Origin: a candidate division FCPU426 bacterium | Lineage (GTDB): Bacteria > Oederibacteriota > Muellerivitia > Muellerivitales > Muellerivitaceae | Direction: 5' to 3' | Length of the DNA stretch: 64,000 nucleotides | NCBI GenBank assembly: GCA_963796105.1 | Contig: CAWCKJ010000007.1 | Coordinates: 64,001 to 128,000 of the forward strand | Shown: piece after piece, positions 54,495 to 64,000 of the stretch | Numbering within the stretch: the first letter of the stretch is position 1 | Layout of the letters: each line of letters opens with the position of its first letter | Program-made: the position numbers and the translations under genes | Notes under the pieces: generated by a model | Database searches by the model: none | What the model was told of the DNA's origin: nothing | Seen by the model: only the letters and a program-made list of their open reading frames with translations

Positions 54495-54551
54495 CGTCGT
54501 GGACAACCCGAACCCTAAAATATCGAGACTGCTGTGGTCACAGTTTTGGTT

Positions 54552-55520
54552 CTACTTTTGATTCCCGATTTTGGCGTCAACTCCAGATACTTCTACAACC
54601 GCCTTCCAAAGGGCGTCCTGATTTGCGCGGTCATGGAGGTGTTCATGGCGCATGATCTCAATGGGACCCGTCATCTTTTTTGGAGGCGAGCAAAAGAACT
54701 TGCCAGAAACATCGACGCCAAACTTCGAGGCGGCGAGATACCTTTTGGCCCCTTCATCGACGGAATGTGACATTCCGGGAATAAGTTTCGAAATCCGCAC
54801 AAATACGTTCTTCATAAGAAAACCTAGATTGCGAGGCGCCAGGGTATCTGGAGCGGCCCCGGGTGAAACCGCGTATACGGCCATGTCCGCAGGAAGCTTT
54901 CGAGCAAGGGCCGCGACCCACCACGCGACAAATATTTTAGCGTCAGAGTAAGCCGTGCTAGCCTTGTATTTTACATTCGGGGAGCTGCGCAAAATCGCTT
55001 CTATGGCTGAAACCCGGTCGCCTTTGTACTCTTTCGCGGCGAATGCCGCCAAGTCGGTAAATTGAAACATGGGTACATCACCTCGCGCAGGTTCCGCGCC
55101 GGCAATAACAATACGAGCATCCGGCGCCAGAAGTCCGGCACCTAAAAGTCCCATCGTTAACTGGTGATGGCCGATCAACGGCGCTTGCGAAGCCTCAATG
55201 TTCTCGCTTGTCACAACACGTTCTTTGCCTGGCATCATACCAGCGTTGAGAAGGAGAAAATCTATGGGTTCGCCTCCCGCTCCCTTAACTAGCTCGGCGA
55301 CCGCCTTCTTCACGCTTGCAAACGAATCTAGGTCGAGGGCAAGACCGGTGATGTTTTGTGTTCCGGCATCGATCTTTAACCTGCTAACCGCTTCATCCAC
55401 CTGGGGCCGGCTACGTCCAGTGACTATAACCTGACTCCAACCATCCATGGCAAGTTGCTTGGCTGCCGAGTATCCTAAGCCAGACGTAGCGCCGGTAACG
55501 AGTGCGACAGGCTTTTTCAT
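54552..55520 (-). CDS. Short-chain dehydrogenase/reductase
   Basis: TGATSGLG, NAG, YSDAK. Confidence 0.9.
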   Translation of the reverse strand: MKKPVALVTGATSGLGYSAAKQLAMDGWSQVIVTGRSRPQVDEAVSRLKIDAGTQNITGLALDLDSFASVKKAVAELVKGAGGEPIDFLLLNAGMMPGKERVVTSENIEASQAPLIGHHQLTMGLLGAGLLAPDARIVIAGAEPARGDVPMFQFTDLAAFAAKEYKGDRVSAIEAILRSSPNVKYKASTAYSDAKIFVAWWVAALARKLPADMAVYAVSPGAAPDTLAPRNLGFLMKNVFVRISKLIPGMSHSVDEGAKRYLAASKFGVDVSGKFFCSPPKKMTGPIEIMRHEHLHDRANQDALWKAVVEVSGVDAKIGNQK

Positions 55521-55669
55521 AGTTTGTCTCCTAAGTCTAACATTGTGGGAAATAGAACCATTTAATTATTGTAGTATACGCTACAGAATGACCCAACTAC
55601 TGTCAAGTGATATTGTTGCGGTTGCTACAAATAGATTGTCCGAAGTGTTTCGTATGGGTAAAATGAAGC

Positions 55670-56257
55670 ATGAGTCGAAAAATAGAATTTAATTACGATA
55701 ACGCGGTGGATCAAGCGATGCGGGTTTTCTGGGGTGAGGGATACTCTGGCGCATCATTAAAAGACCTTCTCAAGGCGATGAAAATTGGGGAAGGCTCCTT
55801 CTACAATACCGTCAAAAGCAAAAAACAACTCTACATCGAATGCTTGAATCGATATGGAGAGGTCGAAGGTAATAAAAGAATTTTGGCTCTAACATCAGCC
55901 CCGAATGCGCGTCTCGGACTTCGGGCTATGCTAAGCGCAATGTTCGATTGTCTCGATGATCCGAAGAATCCTTCATCTCTTTGCATGATTGCGGCAATGA
56001 TTTCCAATGATGTCATGGCTGATAGCGAATTAAAGAAAGCTGCTATTGCCAGGGTCAATCAAGGCAAAAAGTTAATTGAAGATAAGATTGATGAAGACAA
56101 AAAAGCTGGGCGTCTTCCTAAAAGCTATGACTCACATACAGTTGCTGATGTCATAGTTACTTACTTCCAGGGCATTTGGCGTATGGCCATGATTTCATAC
56201 AAACGGGAAAAGTTCGAGCGCGAATCAGAAGCATTTCTTCAAGGATTGGGCCTTTAG
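55670..56257 (+). CDS. TetR/AcrR-family regulator, divergent from the SDR gene
   Basis: FWGEGYSGASLKDL...GSFYN...SKKQLY. Confidence 0.92.
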   Translation: MSRKIEFNYDNAVDQAMRVFWGEGYSGASLKDLLKAMKIGEGSFYNTVKSKKQLYIECLNRYGEVEGNKRILALTSAPNARLGLRAMLSAMFDCLDDPKNPSSLCMIAAMISNDVMADSELKKAAIARVNQGKKLIEDKIDEDKKAGRLPKSYDSHTVADVIVTYFQGIWRMAMISYKREKFERESEAFLQGLGL

Positions 56258-56354
56258 CTTTAGAATTTCCGAATCACACTGATACTCCAACTTCCAAGTC
56301 ACTGACACTTCGCCCGAAGTGAAACAAGAAAATTAGTACAAAAAGGTCTTTTTT

Positions 56355-56386
56355 CTTGTCCACGAAGGGTCCCCGTCGTGGACAAG
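56355..56386. repeat. Palindromic repeat CTTGTCCACGAAGGGTCCCCGTCGTGGACAAG
   Basis: Family members also at 54495-54506, 57533-57562, 57576-57603, 62136-62163 and 62793-62817. Confidence 0.85.
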
Positions 56387-56513
56387 CTTTCGGTCAAAAG
56401 CGTCACCAAGAACGCCATGTTAAAATTCGCGGCCAAAATTTTCCACACTGACTGTTTTTCAAAAGAACCAATCGCTCACCCTGCCCAATTTGGCCTTCCG
56501 GGCATGCGCCGGT

Positions 56514-57509
56514 CTAATTTTTTGATAGAATTTCCAACAATTGGGTTCGGTATTCCGGATCTTTCATGGTTTTTACTTCTCTTTCATCCATCAATTGTCT
56601 CAGCCAACATTTTTGATAAGGCTGACCGTTTTTCGCCATGGTTTTCAATTTTTCAAAAAAGTCCCTTATCACTGTTGGATAATCGAGGCCGGTACTCGCA
56701 ATAGCCCGATGTTTGGCAAAAGTTTTGTTTTTTGTATTTAAGTTTGGGTTTCGAAGGTCATAAGTGAAAACAAGTTCGTCTGTGAATAACAATCCGGTTC
56801 CCTTCTTTGGCTTCTCTGGTAAATGGCAGTTGAGCCTGTTGTAATAACCTATATAGAAATTAAATTTTACTGTGAATTGGAGTTGGTCTTTTATTTGCTT
56901 GATATTTGAGCTGTAATCAAAGTCGTCGTCTCCTACCGAAACACTCCCTTCCAGTGGCAGCTCGCCGATTTCCTGATATTTGCCGTTTATAATTTTAAAA
57001 ACATCATAGTCGTAAGATTCGACACCGCTTCCACCATCTGTTTGAACTCCGAGCAAAACAAATAAGTTCGGCGGGCTATCCACAATCATTGGTTTAATTG
57101 CCTTGTATTTTGCGAGTTCGGTAACCATTCCAAGATACGACATTTTTCCCTGTTCTAAAATAAATAGGCCGGTGCAATTATTGCCATTCCCATTAACTGA
57201 AATCGTCAATAAGGTTCTTCCATCATTTATTTTGGAGGCCACAATAACTGGCGTTGTTTCAGCTAATTCTTTGGCGTCGGTCTCTAACTTATCTCCTTCT
57301 GAAAGGAATTGAGGAAGCAAATCGGAAAAGAATTTGTCCCGTCCTTCTCCGTTCACGTGATATTCGTTCAAAATCTCCAATAATTTTCCCCTGGGGGTTT
57401 TCCAATCCATCTTTTCACCAAGGCTTATAGAGGGGATAAGGCAGAGGACAATGAACCACGACAGAAAAAGTTGTCCGGGGACTATTTTGGTTTCTTGTCC
57501 ATTTTTCAT
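56514..57509 (-). CDS. Hypothetical secreted protein (AT-rich)
   Basis: Long ORF; AGGAG RBS before ATG at 57509; N-terminal hydrophobic segment. Confidence 0.7.
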   Translation of the reverse strand: MKNGQETKIVPGQLFLSWFIVLCLIPSISLGEKMDWKTPRGKLLEILNEYHVNGEGRDKFFSDLLPQFLSEGDKLETDAKELAETTPVIVASKINDGRTLLTISVNGNGNNCTGLFILEQGKMSYLGMVTELAKYKAIKPMIVDSPPNLFVLLGVQTDGGSGVESYDYDVFKIINGKYQEIGELPLEGSVSVGDDDFDYSSNIKQIKDQLQFTVKFNFYIGYYNRLNCHLPEKPKKGTGLLFTDELVFTYDLRNPNLNTKNKTFAKHRAIASTGLDYPTVIRDFFEKLKTMAKNGQPYQKCWLRQLMDEREVKTMKDPEYRTQLLEILSKN

Positions 57510-57532
57510 ACTATTCTCCTGCAAGAAAACTT

Positions 57533-57603
57533 TTGTCCACGGCGCGGGCACTTCATGGACAACCCTTTTTCCCTCTCCACTCTGGGTCCCCGTCGTGGAC
57601 AAG
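57533..57603. repeat. Two copies of the TGTCCACGAC/GTCGTGGACA palindromic family
   Basis: TTGTCCACGG...CATGGACAA and TCCACTCTGGGTCCCCGTCGTGGACAAG. Confidence 0.75.
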
Positions 57604-57651
57604 GAAGAATGTTAATTTCCTATGATTGAATTGTTTACAACGCTAGGATAA

Positions 57652-57682
57652 AAATCGGGCAGGCAATTTAAGCCCGCCCGAT
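57652..57682. terminator. Possible intrinsic terminator hairpin downstream of dipZ
   Basis: ATCGGGCAGGC...GCCCGCCCGAT stem with an A-run on the left (U-tail on the minus strand). Confidence 0.4.
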
Positions 57683-57730
57683 CACTTAGAAGATTAAGCT
57701 TGAACACATCGAGCAAAGGTCAAAACCAAA

Positions 57731-59461
57731 TCATCCGAAAGTAAAGGCATAGACGGAGGTACCTGCGTTTTGGAATTCGATACGCAGGCGATGGGAGCCG
57801 GGCTTTCCCTTTAAGTCCGCCAGGTTATAAAGCCGCTGGGTGTCCAGTGTCACCTTTCCATCCTTCACATCCGCTCCTCCCTCGCCGCCAATGGCTTTTC
57901 CATCAAGGAAAAGGGAGACCTGGTCGCCCTTGTTCGCCGGGCCGATCACCAGATACACCTTGTCCGCCGTGAATTGAATCTCAAGGGCCGAGCCCTGATC
58001 CGGCTTGGCCGCCTCGCCCGTAAGCATCCAACCGCCCTCGTAGCCGATCTGGTGGGACTTCAGGGACTTCGGCAGGGAATAAACCTGCTTCCCGGCGACG
58101 GGTTTTTGCGGCGAGACGAAACGCTCCAATCGGTTCAACCCCAAATAAGATTCGGGGGTCTGGTCGTAATCCTCAGATGGGGCCTGCGCCAGGGTAGCGG
58201 CCCCTTCCACGGGATGGCCGGCCTCAGCCAGCAGCTTTCTGATGGCGGCGTCCATCTCCTCGTAATGGCCCTCGCTGAAATGAGCCAGACGGATATGACC
58301 CTTGTCGTCGATCAGGTACTCGGCGGGCCAGTACATATTTTGGTAGGCGTTCCAGGTTTTAAAGTCGTTGTCCTGGGGGACAGGATAGGTGATCTCGAAC
58401 TGTTTCAGGGCTTTTTGGACGTTGGCGGTTTCCTTCTCAAAGGCAAACTCGGGCGCGTGGACCCCCACTAGGACGAAATGGTCCGGACCGTATTTTTGAT
58501 ACCAGGCCTTGGTGTTGGGAAGGGTCCGGAGACAGTTGATGCAACTGTAGGTCCAAAAGTCAACCAAAACCACCTTTCCCCTCAACCCCGCCAGTGTTAG
58601 GGGAGGGCTGTTGAGCCAGTTCGTGATGCCGGCGAACTCTGGCGCCGGGCCCATGTCCGCAAGTTCCCCCCCATTTCTGCGCTTTCCTGGCGGGATTTCC
58701 TTCCCCTCAGGGTATCCAACTGCTCGCTGACGATCTTGTTGTTTTCAACCCCATTGACCAGGCTCCCATAGGAAGGAAAAGCCTCCAGGATCTTCAGCTG
58801 AATGGTCTTATCGTAATTGGTGTAAATGAGAAGGGCCACGCCGATCATGATGACGCCGAAGACCTGCTGGATGCGGCCCGTGTACTTGTTTAACTTGCGC
58901 ATCCGGGCGAAGAGGAAAGAACCCCCCAGGGAGACCAGGAACAGCGGTATCCCCAACCCCACCGCGTAGGCGAGGGTCACCAGTACCACCTGAAGATTGA
59001 CCGATTGGGTGGCGGCTAAGGTGGCGATGGTGGCCAGGATCGGTCCGGCGCAGGGCGCCCAGACCAAGCCGATGGAAAAACCCGCCACGTAGCCAGCGCC
59101 GAATCCCGTCCCTTCGCCCTTCCCCTGAAGGCGGTTTTGCAGGGGCTGAAGAACCTGGTTAATCCAGGTCTCGAACTTCGCGCCCAGGGAGGGGAATAAA
59201 AGGGCCACACCCAAAAGGCCGATGACAATGACCGCGACTAGTCTGAAGACATTGGCGTCAATGTGGAGGAAACGCTCTAGGTAGGACACAAACAGCGTGA
59301 AAAGGGTGAAGCTGGTCATGACCCCCAGGGTCAGGCCGAAGGGTTTTTCCCTTTCCCCCGGTTGAGGAGACAGAAAGCACCAGGGGCAGAAGGGGCCAAA
59401 TGCAGGGGGCGAGGATGGTGGCGAAGCCAGCCAGGAAGCTGAAGAAGAGAAGGAAAAGCAT
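57731..59461 (-). pseudogene. dipZ: DipZ-like CcdA plus thioredoxin fusion with two frameshifts (pseudogene or sequencing error)
   Basis: LAPCIWPLLP, WAPCAGPIL and DFWTYSCINC lie in three ORF pieces; breaks at homopolymers near 59350 and 58668. Confidence 0.85.
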
Positions 59462-59562
59462 GGGAACCCCTTTCGGTGGATTTGTTGACTTAAACTACAA
59501 CGAATCACCCTGAAAATTTACGGAAACCCCTTCCATCAACACCTCTTTTTGCGTGAACCCCA

Positions 59563-60225
59563 TCAAGGGTGTTGGTGAATGGCTTCTTGCGCCACCTTCA
59601 ACAATTCATCCGTATCAACCCGCACTTTAATGTCTGGGTTGAAATAAACGTAATGAATAATCCCTTTTTGATCGACGACATAAGCGGCCGGGACCGGAAG
59701 CAGGTGGAGCTGGTTCCCCGTTGCCGAATCCAGGTCCACGCCGAAACTTTTCATTTTGGCCAGGGTTTCCGGGTTGAGCCGGTAGGCCAGGTGAAATTTC
59801 CGGGTCAATTCCATGGAACGGTCCGAAAGGAGGGTGTAGTTGATCTGGTGCTTGTCCAGGCTTTCCTTAAGTTTTTCCGGCTTATCCGGGCTTATGGCCA
59901 GCATCTGGTATCCCATTTCTAGGAGTTTTGGCTCGATCTTCACCAACTGGCCCATTTGAAGGTTGCAATAGGGGCACCATCCGCCTCGGTAAAAGATCAG
60001 CACCGTCGGCTTTTTCAGGATTTCGGACTTAAAATGAAAATCTTTCCCGTCCAGGGTTTTTAAAATCCCGTCAGGTATGGAATCCCCTGATTTAAGTGGG
60101 TGGACATCTTCGGCTTTGTCCGCTACGAATTTGTTCATGGGTGCGGCCACGACACCCCCCCTTGAAGCAACCATCGAAAGGCAAAAAAAGCTTACGAATA
60201 AAAACGCCCCTATTTTCACTCTCAT
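59563..60225 (-). CDS. AhpC/TSA-like peroxiredoxin-family protein
   Basis: FYRGGWCPYC, AISPD, LPVPA. Confidence 0.9.
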   Translation of the reverse strand: MRVKIGAFLFVSFFCLSMVASRGGVVAAPMNKFVADKAEDVHPLKSGDSIPDGILKTLDGKDFHFKSEILKKPTVLIFYRGGWCPYCNLQMGQLVKIEPKLLEMGYQMLAISPDKPEKLKESLDKHQINYTLLSDRSMELTRKFHLAYRLNPETLAKMKSFGVDLDSATGNQLHLLPVPAAYVVDQKGIIHYVYFNPDIKVRVDTDELLKVAQEAIHQHP

Positions 60226-60460
60226 ATCCTCCGTTGACTATTGGTTGAACGGAATATTAAAAATCCAAAAAGGGCCTTATGACCCATCTCTTGGTAGGCG
60301 AAAGGAGAAAATCGAACGGCAGGAAGTCAACTAGGCATTGAAATTGCCGCCAGTTCTTTTTCGGCGCCCCAAAAGCTTTTTTCCGCCTCCCGTGGTGCCC
60401 TTTCCCTTCGAGGGCCCAGGGCCCTGAGCACCCTTGAAGGTGTGGTTCAACTTTCCTTTT

Positions 60461-60985
60461 TTACGGTTTCTTTTCGGACACGAACCGCACTGCGGCGGAG
60501 TTTATGCAATACCTCAGGCCCGTGGGTAGCGGCCCGTCGTCGAAAACATGGCCCAGGTGCCCCCCACAGCGGGGGCAATGGACCTCCGTCCGGTCCATGC
60601 CCAAGGAAGAATCGGTTTGGGAGGCCACGTTTTCCGGATAGAGGGGCTTATAAAAACTGGGCCACCCGGTTCCAGACTCGAACTTGGTGCCGGAGGAGAA
60701 AAGCTCCAGGCCGCACCCGGCGCACACATAGACCCCCTTCGCATGGTTGTCCCAATAGGCGCCGGAAAAGGCGGCTTCCGTTCCCCCTTGTCGAAGGACA
60801 TCGAACTGTTCGGGATTGAGGATTTTCTTCCATTCGGAGTCGGTCTTAACGACCTTGTCACCCCTGTATTTTCCTTTATAACATTCTTTCTCCTTGTGGA
60901 CCGCCGAATCTTTCGCGAACACGGCATAGGATAGGGCGGATAACACGAAGAGAATTCCCAATAACAATCCCATCATTTTTCTCAT
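60461..60985 (-). CDS. msrB: Peptide methionine-(R)-sulfoxide reductase with signal peptide
   Basis: [30 protein letters not shown]. Confidence 0.96.
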   Translation of the reverse strand: MRKMMGLLLGILFVLSALSYAVFAKDSAVHKEKECYKGKYRGDKVVKTDSEWKKILNPEQFDVLRQGGTEAAFSGAYWDNHAKGVYVCAGCGLELFSSGTKFESGTGWPSFYKPLYPENVASQTDSSLGMDRTEVHCPRCGGHLGHVFDDGPLPTGLRYCINSAAVRFVSEKKP

Positions 60986-61169
60986 GGCAAGCTTTTTAGG
61001 TGGTAAATTTCTTTCCCCTCTTTACAAGAATACGGCTCAGGGCAGGATAAGGTTACCCTGCCATCGGTTACATCTTTTGGGTCGTCTGGGTCAAGAACAC
61101 CCAAGGAAATCCGGGGGTCCCGGGAACCAAAATAATATACATAATCCTTTTGTTGAGGCCGTATCTGTT

Positions 61170-61952
61170 TCAAGGAACAATTGGGTAAACCCAACCCACA
61201 CCACCAATTTTCATAGTGTACTCATCTTCCAAAAAAATGGCGAGGCCGGTGAAGCTCTTTTTCCATTCAGGCTCCAAGGAAACGGTAGTTTTAATCCATT
61301 CTGCTTTTTTCAAGGAAACACTCCTTATTCCAACAACCGAGCGAACTACAAAATTTTCGGTCAAGTCCCTGCCTTTGTTTTCTCCACTTTCAACATGGGT
61401 TATTAAATTATTTTCGAAAACAGCCATCATGACTTTCCAGGGCCCGCCCGTTTGCGATCCGGCTAAAGGCTGGAGCTTAATCTTGAGGGCCATTCCTCCC
61501 GTGACCGGCGAAACAGCGACGACCACCCGAGCCGATGCCTTGAGGTTGTCCGGCTCCTCGATTTCCCGGTGGGCTCTGGCGCCATCCGAAGCGACGAAAC
61601 CTGAGCGTCCCGAAACAACCATTTCAGGGGTATAAAGTGAGGAGGAACTCAAAGCGGAAGAATATTGACGCTGACGTTCCGTGAAAAATGACGAGGAGAA
61701 GGGATCTTTCCATCCCAGGTAATCCCAGTAATCCACGTGGAAGGCGAGCGGCAGGGCTTTACCGGCGCGGAAAAGTTCCATTCCCCAGCCGTTGACAAGG
61801 TCTCCCGCCGGAGGGCAACTGGAACAGCCTTGGGAAACAAACAATTGGATCAAGAGTGGCTGTTCGGGAATTGGACGGGACTGTCCATGGGCCGGAATCA
61901 GCAAAGACAGCCCCATCAATACTAGCGACGCTTTGAAATATTTAAAAACCAT
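61170..61952 (-). CDS. DUF1223 thioredoxin-like secreted protein
   Basis: SQGCSSCPPA, HVDYWDYLGWKDPF, YTP, GENKGR. Confidence 0.88.
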   Translation of the reverse strand: MVFKYFKASLVLMGLSLLIPAHGQSRPIPEQPLLIQLFVSQGCSSCPPAGDLVNGWGMELFRAGKALPLAFHVDYWDYLGWKDPFSSSFFTERQRQYSSALSSSSLYTPEMVVSGRSGFVASDGARAHREIEEPDNLKASARVVVAVSPVTGGMALKIKLQPLAGSQTGGPWKVMMAVFENNLITHVESGENKGRDLTENFVVRSVVGIRSVSLKKAEWIKTTVSLEPEWKKSFTGLAIFLEDEYTMKIGGVGWVYPIVP

Positions 61953-62135
61953 GCTTTTCTTTGACACCACTTTAAAAGAGTCGCCATTAAAGGTTATTGG
62001 CGGGGATAAGGCAAGGCCCGAAGAACCCGCTAAATGATTTAGATTCACGTTTTTTCCAATTTATCTTTCAGTAGCGAAATACCCTTGTGGCTTTGTTTAA
62101 GTTACTGATTTTTGATTAATATTTGAAATGTTCAT

Positions 62136-62163
62136 TGTCCACGACGGGTCCCCGTCATGGACA
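62136..62163. repeat. Palindromic repeat family copy
   Basis: TGTCCACGACGGGTCCCCGTCATGGACA, 13 bp from the stop of the 62177 gene. Confidence 0.85.
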
Positions 62164-62176
62164 GCTTTAAAGCCAT

Positions 62177-62764
62177 TCAAGGAAGAATACTTAGTCCCGC
62201 CACAATAGGAATATATTCCTCGGTATCCCCGCTAAGAAAAATAATGTCCATTCCTACCATGCAATAAACGGCCAATCCCTGGGAAAGCGATACTTCCAAA
62301 CCGATACCGCCCAAGGCCATGGGACAAGTATCGGAAATATGGTTGTCGAAGGAGTAAGGCATGCCAAACGACATACCCTTTTCCCTTGAATTGTCGGAAT
62401 AAAATGAAAAACCGCCCCCGGCCTCAATAACGATATGAAGCGGATCATTCCCAAAGCGCTTCTTGCAAACGAGCGATTCATTCAAGATTGTTTTCCCGCC
62501 GCCCAATGAAAAAACAGTCTGGTCAGGGCCGGAATTAGGGGGTTGATAGGCGATTGAATAATAAGCGGTCTGCTCGCCCAGGGTAAATTGATCGCCAATT
62601 GGAAGGCCGAGAAAAAGGCCCGTCCCCCAGCCCAGGGCATCAACGTCACTGCCTGTGGTGGCCACACCCCCAAAAGGTGAAATTTCAATATTTGAGATAT
62701 CGCCCTTGGCCCATACTGTTGATGTGGCAAACACAATAGAAATTAAAATGAATAATATTTTCAT
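62177..62764 (-). CDS. Small outer-membrane beta-barrel-like hypothetical protein
   Basis: Signal peptide, amphipathic strands, AAGGAG RBS. Confidence 0.6.
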   Translation of the reverse strand: MKILFILISIVFATSTVWAKGDISNIEISPFGGVATTGSDVDALGWGTGLFLGLPIGDQFTLGEQTAYYSIAYQPPNSGPDQTVFSLGGGKTILNESLVCKKRFGNDPLHIVIEAGGGFSFYSDNSREKGMSFGMPYSFDNHISDTCPMALGGIGLEVSLSQGLAVYCMVGMDIIFLSGDTEEYIPIVAGLSILP

Positions 62765-62792
62765 TTTTTCTCCTTAATAAAACTATTTATCA

Positions 62793-62817
62793 TCCAATCT
62801 GGGTTCCCGTCGTGGAC
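62793..62817. repeat. Palindromic repeat family copy with degenerate left arm
   Basis: TCCAATCTGGGTTCCCGTCGTGGAC abutting the stop codon of the 62818 gene. Confidence 0.7.
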
Positions 62818-63906
62818 TTATTTTGTAATCGACCCCGCAGTCGCTTCCTCCACAAAAAGCCTAGATGCGGGAGCCAGATTGGTTCCTGAGAAAGTGGCCT
62901 GATTTAAGATGGTTGTCTGGACGTTATATAGGGTCGAACCGGTGGCCACCGGATAAGCCGCCGAAAGATCCGCCGGGGAGTTTATATCGGGCCCAATGGA
63001 AGTATAGGAATCATACGTGGTCACCGGCCCTCCGGTTTGTTGAATAACAACAATCCCATCCGAATTCCCCTCGTAGGTCCAAGTGATGGCCGTACCTGCC
63101 GCGTTGGCCGTAAGGCCGCCAGGGGCGCTGACCGATGCCGAGGTGACGGTTCCCAGGGAAGTGCTGACCGACATCGAGTAACTTCCCGCGAGCTGATATG
63201 TCACGGCCGTGGAGTAAGAATACCAAGCCATTCCGTTGTAATTCGTTAAGTATGGAAGCGTCAAGGGGCCGCTTGGAGTGTTTAAAACCACCGAATCCGT
63301 GGTTTCCGGCAAACCGTTGACGGTAATCCATGCAAAAGGTGTCATACTCAATGTTCCATCCCCCCAAGCGTAGCCCTGGACATAGATACCCGGTGGAAAT
63401 GTGGCTGTTGGTGTCGATGTTGCTGTAGCTGGAACCGTATTGGTGATAGTTGGGCTGTTGGTGGGCGTCCTCGTGGGGGTTTTGGTCGTGGTATTTGTTG
63501 GGGTATAAGTAATGGTAGGAGTTCCTGTTGGCGTAGCCGTAGGGGTTATGGTAGCTGTATTCGTCTGGGTAGACGTGGCCGTTTTCGTCGGGGTGGAAGT
63601 GATTGTCGGCGTGACTGTGTTCGTGGGGCTGTTGGTCGGGGTAGAAGTCGATGTAACCGTTGGTGTGGAAGAAGCTGTTGAGGTGGCCGTCGATGTGGGG
63701 GTGGAAGTGGAGGTGCCGGTTTGCGTACAAGTCGAGGGATAGCAGACACTGGTGGATGTAAGGGTCATAGTCGGTGTATCGGTAGCGGTAGCTTTTTTAG
63801 CCGGGGGGTTTGTGGGGTTATTAGAGTTGCTGCAGGCGATCGGGAAAAGTCCCAAGAAAAAAAGAAGGATTAAACCTAAACCCAAAAGGAAAAATGATCG
63901 GCGCAT
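62818..63906 (-). CDS. TP-linker lipoprotein
   Basis: PIAC lipobox, SNSNNPTNP, long Thr/Pro linker, distinct C-terminal domain. Confidence 0.8.
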   Translation of the reverse strand: MRRSFFLLGLGLILLFFLGLFPIACSNSNNPTNPPAKKATATDTPTMTLTSTSVCYPSTCTQTGTSTSTPTSTATSTASSTPTVTSTSTPTNSPTNTVTPTITSTPTKTATSTQTNTATITPTATPTGTPTITYTPTNTTTKTPTRTPTNSPTITNTVPATATSTPTATFPPGIYVQGYAWGDGTLSMTPFAWITVNGLPETTDSVVLNTPSGPLTLPYLTNYNGMAWYSYSTAVTYQLAGSYSMSVSTSLGTVTSASVSAPGGLTANAAGTAITWTYEGNSDGIVVIQQTGGPVTTYDSYTSIGPDINSPADLSAAYPVATGSTLYNVQTTILNQATFSGTNLAPASRLFVEEATAGSITK

Positions 63907-64000
63907 TGATGCCTCCCGCAAAAGATTCTATAAAGACCTTGAAATAGATTACCACTCCAACGGAAATCGAGGGGTTGGTTTTTCAAGGCCAAATAATCCA

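Noticed and set aside
53018..54561. Short ORFs in the intron region
   Set aside because: They overlap structured intron RNA; no RT motifs such as YADD; only a 21-codon stub of the intron-encoded protein is credible

Overview
Bacterial chromosomal window with two halves. The left part (about 1-29 kb) is mostly housekeeping genes on the minus strand: priA, an Opp-type peptide ABC transporter, secA, ligA, the ribD-ribE-yaaR-ribBA-ribH-nusB operon and gpmA, interspersed with small palindromic MITE/REP-like elements. The right part (about 29.5-64 kb) is an accessory region with several toxin-antitoxin modules and a family of Thr/Pro-linker lipoproteins and secreted proteins. Its most striking features are: (1) two nearly identical 1020-bp elements encoding an HUH/Y1 (RAYT-like) tyrosine transposase but bounded by about 32-bp terminal inverted repeats, one abutting a non-coding array of about 38 CATGCCGGTAG cores with 10-11-nt variable spacers; (2) a head-to-tail pair of ORF-less group II introns whose EBS1 loop matches a palindromic repeat family; (3) that same repeat family recurring in one orientation between unrelated gene blocks from 54.5 to 62.8 kb, like cassette boundaries; (4) a five-copy twin-hairpin element with covarying stems; (5) repeated orphan or duplicated gene 3' ends. 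No rRNA, tRNA, cas gene, integrase or intact reverse transcriptase was seen. All product calls come from motif recognition by eye; no database searches were run.
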